From Malacoraja senta (lineage: Eukaryota), in contig CM075997.1 of the NCBI GenBank assembly GCA_038087875.1, forward strand, positions 4,528,001 to 4,592,000: a stretch of 64,000 bases of DNA. The letters are read 5' to 3'. The position numbers were made by a program, and so were the translations under genes. Below are positions 25,099 to 37,995 of the stretch, one piece after another. Each line of letters starts with the position of its first letter. The stretch's first letter is position 1. Under the pieces are notes generated by a model. It did no database searches, had not been told where the DNA came from, and saw nothing but the letters and a program-made list of their open reading frames with translations.

Positions 25099-25554
25099 CT
25101 GGCAGCACGGTGGCGCAGCGCTGGAGTTGCTGCCTTACAGCGCTTGCAGGGCCAGAGACCCCACGTTAGCACATTCTCCGCGTGACCCCGTGGGTTTGTC
25201 CCGAGTGCTCCGGTTTCCTCCCACACTCCGAAGCCCTGCAGTTTGTAGGTTAATTGGCTTTGGTAAAAATATGTAAATTGTCCCTCGTGTGTGTAGGATG
25301 GTGCTAGTGTACAGGGATCGCTGGTCGGCGCACACTCAGTGGGCCAAAGGGCCTGTTTCCACTCTGTATAGAGTCATACTGCGTGGAAACAGGTCCTTCG
25401 GCCCAACTTGCCAATGCCGGTCAACATGTCCCAGCTACACTAGTCCCACCTGCCTGCGCTTGACCCATATCCCTCCAAACCCGTCCTATCCATGTACCTG
25501 TCTATCTCTAAACTAAAGATACTAAACTAAACTGAAACTAAAAACTTAACCCCA

Positions 25555-25857
25555 ATAACGGCAAAAAAACATATACTTAAATTTTGGAAAAATACACCCA
25601 TAGCAACGCTTAAAATGTGGATTTCAAACATGTTGGACACTGCACATCTTGAGGAAATGCGATTCCTCCTAATAGATAAATCAGACCAATTCTTAACGAG
25701 TTGGTCTCCATTTGTCGACTTTTTGGAAGCATATGGTGCAACAGAATCGTAGAAGCTAACTGTGCCAGGACTGGGTGAAGGTTGGTCAAGATTATAAATA
25801 ACGATTCTCCTTAATCTCCTTACTTTCTACTCTTTTTCTTTCTATCTTCTTTTCTTC
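25555..25857 (+). mobile_element. L1-clade ORF2 C-terminus and 3' UTR, cut by the gap
   Basis: ITAKKHILKFWKNTPIATLKMWISNMLDTAHLEEMRFLLIDKSDQFLTSWSPFVDFLEAY...stop at 25752. Confidence 0.8.
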
Positions 25858-26057
25858 NNNNNNNNNNNNNNNNNNNNNNNNNNNNNNNNNNNNNNNNNNN
25901 NNNNNNNNNNNNNNNNNNNNNNNNNNNNNNNNNNNNNNNNNNNNNNNNNNNNNNNNNNNNNNNNNNNNNNNNNNNNNNNNNNNNNNNNNNNNNNNNNNNN
26001 NNNNNNNNNNNNNNNNNNNNNNNNNNNNNNNNNNNNNNNNNNNNNNNNNNNNNNNNN
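25858..26057. other. Assembly gap (200 N)
   Basis: Run of N. Confidence 1.
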
Positions 26058-26929
26058 GTGAGAGAGTGAGAGAGTGAGAGAGTGAGAGAGCGATAGAGAT
26101 CCCATCTGAAGAAGGGTTCCGATCCAGAATGTTGACTTTCCCCTTTGTCCAGAGATGCTGCCCGACCTGCTGAGTTACTCCAGCATTATGTTTGTCTTTC
26201 CAGCCACATTTAGCAGTTCCCCATCCAGAACCTCAACGAATCTCTCCTTCACTACACCTGTGGCAAAGGCCTCTGCTTTGATCGTCACCAGTGGGTCCAA
26301 TTCAGCTTTGTGCCATTGCGTTTGGGCCACCTTAAACAGGAGAGTTTAGTTTAAAGATTTTAGTTCAGCGCGGAAACTGGCCCTTCGGCCCACTGAGTCC
26401 GTGCCGACCAGCGACCCCCCGCACACCCACACTATCCTACACACTCGGGGCCAATTTACAATTAACCTACAAACATGCACATCTTTGGAGGGAACCGGAG
26501 CACGCGGGGAAAACCCACGCTGGTCACGGAGAGAATGAACAAACTCCGTACAGACAGCACCCGCAGTCAGGATCGAACCCGGGTCTCTACCGCTGCGCCA
26601 CCGTGCCGTCCACAGATTGCGGACTGACTTTACCGGGCTCCGACTGACTCCAGAGAGAGAGCGGGAGGCTGGCGAGAGCAAAAGATGTCTCGACCTTTTC
26701 GCAAGGGTTAGGCGGCATGAATTTTGGAGCTGCCAGCTCGAAGGATGGTAAAACCATTACCTACTAACTTCAATTCACAGAACTGGGATCGGACAAAAGG
26801 CTTACTGTTTCATGAAGCCGGGACACTATCCAGGCATCAACCTTCCACATCCCCTCCAGCCCCCTCCCCTCTCCACATCATGAAAGCCAGTGATTCTTTG
26901 CCTGGTGTGTGTGTGTGTATGCTTTGAGG

Positions 26930-28060
26930 AAATGCTGTCATGGATGTAATGCTGAGGCTCTACAAGGCGCTGGGCAGGCCGCATTTAGGAATATTGTGAG
27001 GGATTTTGGGGCCCCGTATCCTAGGAAGGATGTGCTTCCTCTGGAGAGGGTCCAGAGGAGGTTTACGAGAATGATCCCAGGAATGTGTGGGCTAACATAA
27101 GATGAGGAAAGACATTCTTGCCATAGAGGGAGCACAGAGAAGGTTCACCAGACTGATTCCTGGGATGGCAGGACTTTAATATGAAGAAAGACTGGATAGA
27201 CTCGGCTTGTACTCGCGAGGATTTAGAAGATTGAGGGGGGATCTTATAGAAACTTTCAAAATTCTTAAGGGATTGGACAGGCTAGATGCAGGAAGATTGT
27301 TCCCGATGTTGGGGAAGTCCAGAACAAGGGGTCACAGTTTAAGGATAAGGGGGAAGTCTTTTAGGACCGAGATGAGAAAAACATTTTTCACACAGAGAGA
27401 GGTGAATCTGTGGAATTCTCTGCCACAGAAGGTAGTTGAGGCCAGTTCATTGGCTATATTTAAGAGGGAGTTAGATGTGGCCCTTGTGGCTAAAGGGATC
27501 AGGGGGTATGGAGAGAAGGCAGGTACAGGATACTGAGTTGGCTGATCAGCCATGATCATATTGAATGGCAGTGCAGGCTCGAAGGGCCGAATGGCCTACT
27601 CCTGCACCTATTTTCTATGTTTCTATGAGCGTTTGACGGCACTGGGCCTCGCTGGAGTTTAGAAGAATGAGGGGGGACCTCATTGAAATTTACAGAATAG
27701 TGAAAGGCTTGGATAGAGTGGATATGGGGAGATTGTTTCCAGTAGTGGGAGAGTACAGTACCACAGGGCACGGCTTCAGAATTAAAGGACATTCCTTTAG
27801 GAAGGAGATGAGGAGGAATTTCATTAGTCGGAGGGTGGTGAATCTGTGGAATTCTTTGCCACAGAAGGCTGTGGAGGCCAAGTCAACAGATATTTTGGCA
27901 GAGATAGATAGATTCTTGATTAGTGCGGGTGTCAGGGGTTATGTGGAGAAGGCAGGAGAATGGGGTTCGGAGGGAGAGATAGATCAGCCATGATTGAATG
28001 CTGGAGTAGACTTGATGGGCCGAATGGCCTAATTCTGCTCCTATCACTTATGAACATGAA
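26930..28060 (+). mobile_element. CR1 fragment with a second CR1 subfamily inserted in the same orientation (~27107-27625)
   Basis: Host ...gctaacataagatgag|...|atgagcgtttgacggc; the insert has its own (CTATGTTT)n tail. Confidence 0.87.
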
Positions 28061-28319
28061 CGTGTGTAAGGGTCAGTACCATCAGTACCATCGAGTAATG
28101 TGCTGGTGTTATGGGAACGGCTTTGGGTAAGTTGCGGACGGTCGGTTTTGCCGGGACCGGTTAAACCGGGATGGCACACACCGGTGATTACTTTATTTTC
28201 TTGACCCCACTCCTGAGGAGCAGAGACCCAGAGCCAGACGAGCCTTCATATGGAATATGTATCTGGCATGGTGTACGATGATGAACTATCCATTCTATAA
28301 CACTTTCAATAGGCTTTAG

Positions 28320-28902
28320 AGATAATAGACAATAGACAATAGACAACAGGTGCAGGAGTAGGCCATTCGGCGCTTCGAGCCAGTACCGCCATTCAATGTG
28401 ATCATGGCTGATCATCCCCAATCAGTACCCCGTTCCTGCCTTCTCCCCATATCCCCTGACTCCGCTATCTTTAAGAGCCCTATCTAGCTCTCTCTTGAAA
28501 GCATCCAGAGAACCTGCCTCCACCGCCCTCTGAGGCAGAGAATTCCACAGACTCACCACTCTCTGTGAGAAAAAGTGTTTCCTCGTCTCCGTTCTAAATG
28601 GCTTACCCCTTACAGGACGGACACAGGCCCTTCGGCCCACTGGGTCCGCGCCAACCAGCGATCCCCGCACACTAACACTATCCTACACACACTAGGGACA
28701 ATTTACATTTACACCAAGCCAATTAACCTACAAACCTGTACGTCTTTGGAGTGTGGGAGGAAACCAAAGATCTCGGAGAAAAACAAACGCGGTCACGGGG
28801 AGAGCGTACAAACTCCGTACAGACAGCACCCGTAGTCGGGATCGAACCCGGGTCACCGGCGCTGCAAGCGCTGTAAGGCAGCAACTCTACCGCTGCGCCA
28901 CC
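28320..28902 (-). mobile_element. CR1 3' end (28320-28610) abutting an HE1-like SINE (28620-28902)
   Basis: Family consensus matches within the window. Confidence 0.87.
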
Positions 28903-29539
28903 TTAAATTTCAACGCTAGCTTTTTTGCTGACATTTGATATTAGTTCGATATTAGTTAGACGTTAGATTTAGCTCTTCGGGCTAACGGAATCAAGGGATA
29001 TGGAGAAAAAGCAGGAACGGGGTACTGGTTCTGGATGATCAGCCATGATCATATTGAATGGCGGTGCTGGCCCGAAGGGCCGAATGGCCTACTGCTGCAC
29101 CTGTTTTCTATGTTCGTGCTCTCTAGTTGTTGAGTCCCACATCTGCATGAGTTTAGAGGTACAGCAAGGACACAGGCCCTTCGGCCCACCGAGTCCGTTC
29201 CGACCAGCGATCACCCCGTACATTAGTTTAGTTTAGGACGAATTCTAAATTCAGAATTCTAGTCGTGAGGCCTCACATCTGTATGACGTTTAGTGCAACC
29301 AGCCGTGCGGAAAGCAGCTGCAACTGCATCGCAGGGGTTTAACGGCGCTCCTCTGTACAAGTCTTCAAGCAGGAAAGCTCTTGGGGGTCACTTGGAGGAC
29401 CAACACCATTTGGCTCTGAAATGTGGCCAGAGGAATAAGCTTGTGGGGGAGGGATGGGGGGAATCGAACTTTGAACTTCAAAAACCCCCAACTAAACTAC
29501 ATCATGGAGAGGATTGTGCTGACCATAGTTCAGTATTTT

Positions 29540-29853
29540 TAGTTTAGAGTTTAGAGATACAGCATGGAAACAGGCCCTTCGGCCCACCGAGTCTACACTG
29601 ACCAGCGATCCCCGCACATTAACACTATCCTACACACACTAGGGACAATGTACACATACACCAAGCCAATTAACCTACAAACCTGTACGTCTTTGGAGTG
29701 TGGGAGGAAACGGAAGATCTCGGAGAAAACCCCACGCGGTCACGGGGAGAACGTACAAACTCCGTACAGACAGCACCCGTAGTCAGGATTGAACCTGGGT
29801 CTCCGGAGCTGCAAGTGCTGTAAGGCAGCAACTCTACCGCTGCGCCACCGTGC
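29540..29853 (-). mobile_element. HE1-like V-SINE, full length
   Basis: Complete head, V-domain and tail. Confidence 0.9.
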
Positions 29854-29944
29854 CACTTCCATGCTGTAAATTGTCTTTCTACATATAACTTCTCTGAAAG
29901 CTCCTGGTCTTGGAGTGGGAAGTCCACTAATGATGAAAGAATGG

Positions 29945-31060
29945 ATCAACAGGGCTTGTATTCACTGGAATTTAGAAGGATGAGAGGGCATCTTATAGAA
30001 TATACAATTCTGAAGGGATTGGATAGGCTAGATGTAGGAAAAATGTTCCCGATGTTGGGGGGAGTCCAGAACCAGTGGTCACAGTTTAAGAATAAGGGGG
30101 AGGCCATTTAGGACTGAGATGAGGAAAAACCTTTTCACCCAGAGAGTTGTGAATCTGTGGAATTCTTTGCCACAGAAGGCAATGGAGGCCAATTCACTGG
30201 ATGTTTTCAAGAGAGAGTTAGATTTAGCTCTTGGGGCTAACGGAATCGTTGGATATGGGGAGAATGTCATTGTCCTATCTGGGACATATGACAATAAACT
30301 CTCTTGAATCTTGAAGGCAGGAACGGGGTACTGATTTTGGATGATCAGCCATGATCATATTGAATGGCCGAATGGCCCACTCCTGCACCTATTGTCTATG
30401 TTTCTAAACACAGTCTTGTTGGAGCCGCAGGAGAAACTGTCTTCTCCAGCAGTCCCTCAATGACTAGCTTAAGTGTCCTTGGCTGTCTGCACAGCAGTGA
30501 GACTGGAACTAAGAGACACAACAGCTGGTGAAGCAGGCCAAGGGTCGAGACTTGTGAAATGTTCCTTGCACATCTATTTAGAAAAAAGGAAAGCTTGTTG
30601 TCATGTGTACCGCGTGGTACACTGAGAGGCTTTTTGTTGCTCGCTAACCAGTCAGCAGAAAGACGATACATGATTACAATCGAGCCGTCTACAGTGTACG
30701 GATACAGGATAAAGGGAATAACGTTTAGTGCAAGGTAAACTCTGAATGTTCCCGACGTTGGGGGAGTCCAGAATCAAGGGCAACAGTTTAAGAATAAAGG
30801 GTCGGCCATTTAGAACGGAGACGAGGAAACACTTTTTCACACAGAGAGTTGTGAGTCTGTGGAATTCTCTGCCACAGAAGGTGGTGGAGGCCGGTTCTCT
30901 GGATACTTTTAAGAGAGAGCTGGATAGGGCTCTTAAAGGTAGGGGATATGGGGAGAAGGCAGGAACGGGGTACTGATTGGGGAAGATCAGCCTTGATCAC
31001 ATTGAATGGCGGTGCTGGCTTGAGGGGCTGACTGGCCTACTCCTACATCTGTTGTCTATT
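29945..31060 (+). mobile_element. Two CR1 3' fragments (29945-30405 and 30745-31060) with intervening Rex-type tail and unique DNA
   Basis: ORFs 30119..30307 and 30746..30976. Confidence 0.82.
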
Positions 31061-31420
31061 AAAGATAGTCCGATGGTTCGAGTTGTACAAGACTTTAGGA
31101 ATGCAGTGTGCTGTCTAAACTGCAGCCTGTGTCTGCACTGTACATATTGTGTGATGTTCTGGAAGTAGATGCAATTGCTTTGACATGTTACTGATGGGAT
31201 GCTGTGCGGTTAATGCGAGGACTACCATAGCTGGAGAGAGAATGTACTTGGGGCGGTACGCTGGCGCAGTGGTAGAGCTGCTGCCCCACAGCACCAGCGA
31301 CCCGGGTTACACATGGGATTAGGAGGCAGAGATCAGCCATGAGTGAATGGCGGGGTAGACTCGATGGGCCGAATGGCTTAATTCAACTCCTATAACTTGT
31401 GAACTTTGGGCTGAGACTGA

Positions 31421-32023
31421 AGGGCCTGTCCCACTTGGCCGTCATTTGCGCCTCATTTACACGTCATATGTAAAATAGGTCGACGTGTCGTTACGCACGA
31501 CGTCGCGCGCAAATCACGCGTCATCTTGCCGTCTGGCGCGCGTGATGTCATTAGAATACCCTGCGGTGCGCAGCGACACATGGTCACGCACGGTGACGTA
31601 ATTATGTGTCACCAAGCGATACACGTGAGACGTCGGGACGCCAGCGTGCGACGCCAATGCGTCAGCGTGCGCACCCAATGCGTCAGCGTGCGCACCCAAT
31701 GCGTCAGCGTGCGTACCCAATGCGTCAGCGTGCGTACCCAATGCGTCAGCGTGCGTACCCAATGCGTCAGCGTGCGCACCCAATGCGTCAGCGTGCGTAC
31801 CCAATGCGTCAGCGTGCGTACGCGATACGTCTCACAGGCGGCGCGCGAGGATTTTCGTGCAGCACGAAATCCTGGAGCGCCATGAGATACTGCGCGCAAC
31901 TCCACGCTCCTCCACGCCTCTCCATGCGCCCGTCCCACGCTACCCGTGCGTCACAACGCGACGACCACATTTCTGGATGTCGCTAAAATGGCGCGCAAAT
32001 GACCCCCAAGTGGGACAGGCCCT
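31421..32023. mobile_element. PIF/Harbinger-like MITE, internal type C
   Basis: TIR agggcctgtcccacttgg..gtcatttgcgc; TGA duplicated at 31418-31420 and 32024-32026; CpG-rich interior. Confidence 0.88.
31654..31821. repeat. 21-bp minisatellite, 8 units (CCAATGCGTCAGCGTGCG[C/T]AC)
   Basis: Contiguous units differing at one position; no spacers. Confidence 0.97.
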
Positions 32024-32374
32024 TGACTGTAGCAGAGGGGAGAAGAAAGATGGAAGGAGAGATGGGGATGGGAGTGATAGGTGGATACAGCTGAGGGGAT
32101 ATTTTATTTGCAGATAATCGAAACATCTGCCAATGGGAAAATACCCAGTTTGAAAAACATTACCTATCCATGGTCTCCAGAGATGCTACCGGACCTTGAG
32201 TTACTCCAGTACTTTGTGACTTTTTTTGTACACTAGTATCTGCAGTTCCTTGTGTCTCCATTTTACCAAATGCTGTCCAGGTCTTCATACGTTCATAGGT
32301 TATAGGAGCAGAATTAAGCCATTCGGCCCATCTAGTCTATGCAGCCATTCAGTCATGTCTGACATGTCTGACTG

Positions 32375-32678
32375 GGGCAGCACGGTGGCGCAGCGGTAGA
32401 GTTGCTGCCTCACAGTGCCAGAGACCCGGGCTCCATCATTGACTACGGGTGCTGTCTGTACGGAGTTTGTACGTTCTCCCTGTGACTGCATGGGTTTTCT
32501 CCGAAATCTTCAGTTTCCTCCCACACTCCAAAGATGTTTGGAGGTTAATTGGCTTGGGATAAATGTAAATTGTCCCATGTGTGTGTAGGATAGTGTTAGT
32601 GTGCGGGGATCGCTGGTCGGTGCGGACTTGATGGGCCGAAGGGCCTGTTTCCAAGCGGTATCTCTAAACTAAACTAAA
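32375..32678 (+). mobile_element. HE1-like V-SINE
   Basis: Head, V-domain and tail. Confidence 0.88.
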
Positions 32679-33279
32679 AATCTATCTTTCCCTCAACGCC
32701 ATTCTCCTGCCTTTCCCCACATAACCCTTGACACCCACACTGTCAATCCCCACCTTAAAAATACACTATGATGGACTCTTCAGCCTTCTGTGGCAAAGAA
32801 TTCCACAGATTCACCACCCTCTGACTAAAGAAAATCCTCCTCATCTCCTTCCTAAAAAAACATCCTTTAATTCTGAGGCTGTGACCTCTGGTCCTAGACT
32901 CTCCCACTAGTGGAAACATCCTCTCCACATCCACTCTATCCAAGCCTTTCACTATTTAGTCCCTCCTCATCTTTCTAAACTCCAGCAAGTACAGGCCCAG
33001 CGCCATCAAACGCTCATCATATGTCAACCTATCTTGCTTCATAAAGGTGTAGAGTCTTCAACAGTTTGCAACTGGAACTATCGGGCATTTTACCTGATCA
33101 CAGGCAGGAGTAGAGAGGGATTGGATTACAGATGGAAGCTCATGAGTTCATAAGTTCGAGGAGGAGAATGAGGCCATTCGGCCCCTCACGTCTACTCTGC
33201 CATTCAATCATAGCTGTTCTATCTCTCCCTGCTTCGTTTGCCTGCTTCTGCTGCTGTTGGAGGTGAGACGTTGCATCGT

Positions 33280-33502
33280 GCCTGTCCCACTTTGGCCGTC
33301 AGTTACGCGACAGGCCGGTGGCGCGCGAAGATTTCGTTCGCTACAAAATTTCGGAGCGCCGCGCGATGTCGCGCACAACTCCATACCCCTCCGCGCTTCT
33401 CAGTGGGACCGGCCCCGCGTGGCCACACGATGCCCGTGCGCCTCAACGCAACGACGAGGCCGCGTAATTTGCGTACAAGGACACGTAAGTGGGACAGGTC
33501 CT
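33280..33502. mobile_element. Harbinger-like MITE, internal type D (short, related to C)
   Basis: gcctgtcccactt...aagtgggacaggtcct termini; left end eroded. Confidence 0.7.
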
Positions 33503-33859
33503 AGACTCCCCCCAATCCATCCCAATGTATTCCACAGATTCACCGCCCTTTGAGTAAAGAAGTTTAAGAAGACAAAAGAGACTAAGTTTAAACACAATAT
33601 CGCACCGTAGGTCTTCATTATCAAGTTTTAAAATAAATTTATGATCTGACATCTTAGACTTAGACGATGATAAATTTGTCATGTTTCGGTTAAAATTCTT
33701 AATAATAGCAAGTGATCCTAGCGGGCTGACAGATGAGAATAACTCATTATCCTGTCAAGGTGTGAAGTCTCACAGTTTTTGTGGAGAGGTCATTCTAAAG
33801 ATGAAAACCGCAGTCTGTTTTATGAGCAAGATTAACACTTCATACTCCGGCCTTCAGGG

Positions 33860-34400
33860 GGCGCCACGGTGGCGCGGCGGTAGAGTTGCTGCCTCACAGC
33901 GCCAGAGACCCGGGTTCGATCCTGACTATGGGTGCTGTCTTTACGGAGTTTGCATGTTCTCCCCGTGACCTGCGTGGGTTTTCTCCGGGTGCTCGGGTTC
34001 CCTCCCGCGCTCCAAAGACGTGCAGGTTTGTAGGTTAATTGGCTTTGATAAAAAAACTGTAAATTGTTCCTAGTGGGTATGGGACAGTAGGACAGAACGC
34101 CACAGGAGATCCTTCCTCCCAGTAGCTATCTAACTGTACAACTCCTCCCCCTTCTGTCTTGGGGTAGTCTGACCCCCCTCCCCCCCAATCTTTGCACATC
34201 CCCAATCCTTTCCACTCGTCACTTTAATTTCATGTTTCATATTTCTTGTGTTTTTATGACTGTTGGCAGATCAATTTCCCTCCTGGGATAAATAAAGTTA
34301 TATCGTATCGTTCCGTACGGTATCGTATTAGTGAGCGGTGATTGCTGGTCGGCGTGGACTCGGTGGGCCGAAGGGCCTGCTTCCGTGCTGTACCGCTAAA
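33860..34400 (+). mobile_element. HE1-like SINE split by a Rex/Babar 3' end (~34090-34330)
   Basis: The insert matches 3328-3510 and 3700-3745. Confidence 0.82.
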
Positions 34401-34480
34401 GACTAAAGAGATGGATTTGTCACTAACTTCCACCATCCATACTCCCACGTTTCCGTCCTTCATGGATTGGGAAGGGAGGT

Positions 34481-35067
34481 AACATAGAAACATAGAAAAT
34501 AGGTGCAGGAGTAGGCCATTCGGCCCTTCGAGCCTGCACCGCCATTCGATATGATCATGGCTGATCATCCAACTCAGTAGCCTGTACCTGCCTTCTCTCC
34601 ATACCCCCTGATCCCTTTAGCCACAAGGGCCACATCTAACTCCCTCTTAAATATAGCCAATGAACTGGCCTCAACTACCTTCTGTGGCAGAGAATTCCAC
34701 AGATTCACCACTCTCTGTGTAAAAAATGATTTTCTCATCTCGGTCCTAAAAGACTTGCCTCTTATCCTTAAACTGTGACCCCTAGTTCTGGACTTCCCCA
34801 ACATCGGGAACAATCTTCCTGCATCTAGCCTGTCCAACCCCCTAAGAATTTTGTAAGTTTCTATAAGATCCCCCCTCAATCTTCTAAATTCTAGCGTGTA
34901 CAAGCCGAGTCTATCCAGTCTTTCTTCATATGAAAGTCCTGCCATCCCAGGAATCAGTCTGGTGAACCTTCTCTGTACTCCCTCTATATCAAGAATGTCT
35001 TTCCTCAGATTAGGAGACCAAAACTGTACGCAATACTCCAGGTGTGGTCTCACCAAGACCCTGTACA
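34481..35067 (-). mobile_element. CR1 3' fragment with open ORF2 C-terminus
   Basis: [23 protein letters not shown]...GYGEKAGTGY within ORF 34574..35149. Confidence 0.92.
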
Positions 35068-35074
35068 TGGTGTT

Positions 35075-35813
35075 AAAGAAGGAACTGCAGATGCTGGAAA
35101 ATCGAAGGTACATAAAAATGCTGGAGAAACTCAGCGGGTGCAGCAGCATCTATGGAGCGAAGGAAATAGGCAACGTTTCGGGCCGAAACCCTTCTTCAGA
35201 CTGATAGGGGGTGAGGAGAAGAAAGGAAAAAAGGAAAAAGGCGGAGGAGGAGCCTGAGGGCTGGGGGAGGGGAGCAGACAACCAGAGGGCTGATGAAGGG
35301 GAGGGGACAGCAAGGGCTAGCAGAATTGGGAGAATTCAATGTTCAGCTGATCTACATCGGTGAGACCAAGCGGAGGCTTGGCGATCGTTTCGCCGAACAC
35401 CTCCGGTCGGTCCGCAATAACCAACTTGACCTCCCGGTGGCTCAGCACTTCAACTCCCCCTCCCATTCCGTATCTGACCTCTCTGTCCTGGGTCTCCTCC
35501 ATGGCCACAGCGAGCAACACCGTAAATTGGAGGAAATGCACCTCATATTCCGCTTGGGCAGTCTACATCCTGGGGGCTTGAACATTGAATTCTCCCAATT
35601 CTGCTAGCCCTTGCTGTCCCCTCCCCTTCATCAGCCCTCTGGTTGTCTCCTCCCCTCCCCCAGCCCTCAGGCTCCTCCTCCACCTTTTTCCTTTTTCCTT
35701 TCTTCTCCCCACCACCTATCAGTCTGAAGAAGGGTTTCGGCTCGAAACGTTGCCTATTTCCTTCGCTCCATAGATGCTGCTGCACCCGCTGATTTTCTCC
35801 AGCATTTTTATGT
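35075..35813 (+). mobile_element. Penelope-like insertion with inverted upstream pseudo-LTR and TSD
   Basis: Minus copy of the 3' end (35075-35345) plus + strand GIY-YIG fragment and 3' end; ACCCTGTACATGGTGTT at 35058-35074 and 35814-35830. Confidence 0.9.
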
Positions 35814-36542
35814 ACCCTGTACATGGTGTTGGCATCCCAATAAAATTCCAGCTCACCCCAGCAGTGAAGTTTCCAAGCGAATACCCAGTGGAATGATTCA
35901 AAGGATCCAGGGGTGGGATGCAAGAAGGGGAGTTGGGATAGAGGTGGGGGAAATAGCACTCATCCCGAATTTAGTTTTGTTATAGTTTAGTCTAGTTTAG
36001 AGATACATCATGGAAACAGGCCCTTCGGCCCGCTGAGACCCCGTATACTAGCTCTATTCCTACACACACTTGGGACGATTTACAATTTTTACTGAAGCCA
36101 ATTAATCTTAAACCATTGAAACATAGAAAATAGGTGCATTAGAAAGCAGGAACGGGGTACTGATTTTGGATGATCAGCCATGATCTTATTGAATGGCCCA
36201 TTCGGCCCTTCGAGCCAGCACCGCCATTCAATACGATCATGGCTGATCATCCAAAATCAGTACCCCGTTCCTGCTTCCTCCCCATATCCCTTGATTTTGT
36301 TACCCCCAAGAGCTATATCTAGCTCTCTGTTGAACACATCCGGTGAAGACGGACGTGAGGAGCGAGGAGTGAGGCCGGAGGAGAGGAGAGGGAACCGGGA
36401 TCTGGCCGGCCGCTCCCTCGAGGTCGGCTGCGGGAAGCTCCCACCCACCCCGGGGAACAACGATAGGTGGTCGAGGAGAGGGACGTGGGTTTGCACATCA
36501 CACCTATAAACGCAGCAACGACACAATATGTATACCATCCCC

Positions 36543-36772
36543 GAAGATAGGCACAAAATGGTGGAGTAACTCAGCGGGACAGGCAGCATCTCTGGAGAGA
36601 AGGGATGGGTAATGTTTCGGGTCGAGACCCTTCTTCAGGTTGTCCGAAGAACGGTCTGGAGTCTGAAGAAGGGCCTCAACCTGAAACGTCACCCATTCCT
36701 TCTCTCCAGAGATGCTGCCTGTCCCGCTGAGTTACTCCAGCATTTTGTGCCTATCTTCGGTTCCTTCCTACA
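36543..36772. mobile_element. Fold-back pair of Penelope 3'-end units
   Basis: gaagataggcacaaaatg...cttcag / ctgaag...cattttgtgcctatcttc inverted arms of about 95 bp. Confidence 0.85.
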
Positions 36773-36884
36773 CATTTTACACCTCCTCGTCCCAGAATAT
36801 TAGCAAACTCAGCAAAATTATAAAAAAGGCAAACAAAGCTTATCACTGTACCTCGGTAATAAAACAATAACTAAACTCAAACTC

Positions 36885-37300
36885 TTAGTTAGTTACTTAG
36901 TTTATTGTCACGTGTACCGAGGTACAGTGAAAAGGTTTTGTTGCGTGCTAACCAGTCAGCAGAAAGACAATACATGATTACAATCGAGCCGTTTACAGTG
37001 TACAGATACATGATAAGGGAATAACGTTTAGTGCAAGGTAAAGCCAGCAAAATCCGATCAAAGATAGTCTGAGGGTCTCCAATGAGGTAGATAGTAGTTC
37101 AGCACTGCTCTCTGGTTGTGGTAGGATGATTCAGTTGCCTGATAACAGCTGGGAAGAAACTGTCCCTGTATCTGGAGGTGTGCGTTTTCACATTTCTGTA
37201 CCTCTTGCCTGATGGGAGAGGGGAGAAGAGGGAGTGGCCGGGGTGCGACTCGTCCTTGATGATGCTGCTGGCCTTGCCGAGGCAGCGCGAGGTGTAGATG
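36885..37300 (-). mobile_element. Rex/Babar-type LINE 3' fragment
   Basis: ORF 37099..37332 SRCLGKASSIIKDESHPGHSLFSPLPSGKRYRNVKTHTSRYRDSFFPAVIRQLN. Confidence 0.8.
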
Positions 37301-37694
37301 GATAAATCTTCCCTGAACTCTCCAGTGTCCATTCTCCCCAGTGAATACTGATGAGAAGTATTAATTTAGTATCCCATGCCTCCTCGCATAACTTACCATT
37401 TTTGCTTCCAATATATTTATCAACGGTACCATGATACTCCTGAATCATAAGTGGTTTCATTTCTTGATCCTAAGATTGCCAAAGTGTTTGCATTTCTTGA
37501 TCCCAATTTATTTTTAAAGTTTTCTACTGCATTCCCTTTTAGCTCCATTGACTTGTTCAATAACTATTCCCTGCACCTCACACACTTCCCTCCATCCTCT
37601 GGTCAAATGTACAAAATCTCGCGTTCACCGGGCTTCCCAAGAATTACCACCTTTGCCTCTTAGCGTTGGAGATACATACAGACTCTGATCCCTT

Positions 37695-37995
37695 ATTTAG
37701 TTCAGAGATACAGCGCCGAAACAGGCCCTTCGGCCCACCGACACCGCGCTGACCAGCGATCCCCGCACACTAACACCATCCTACACACACTAGGGACAAT
37801 TTACATTTATACCAAGCCAATTAACCTACAAACCTGCACGTCTTTGGTGTGTGGGGGGAAACCAGAGATCCAGGAGAAAACCCACGCAGGTCACAGGGTG
37901 AACGTACAAACTCTGTACAGGCAGCACCCGTAGTCAGGATCAAACCCGGGTCTCTGGTGCTGTGAGGCAGCAACTCAAACGCCGCGCCACCATGC
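37695..37995 (-). mobile_element. HE1-like V-SINE
   Basis: Reverse complement of the consensus. Confidence 0.9.

Noticed and set aside
31419..31436. MITE TIR (AAGGGCCTGTCCCAC) resembling the SINE/CR1 tail (AAGGGCCTGTTTCCAC)
   Set aside because: Only about 10 identical bases with no extension either side; coincidence cannot be excluded.
31514..31986. CRISPR-like array or repeat-protein ORFs
   Set aside because: Units are contiguous with no unique spacers, lie inside a MITE, and are open in many frames only because 21 is a multiple of 3; eukaryotic context with no cas genes.
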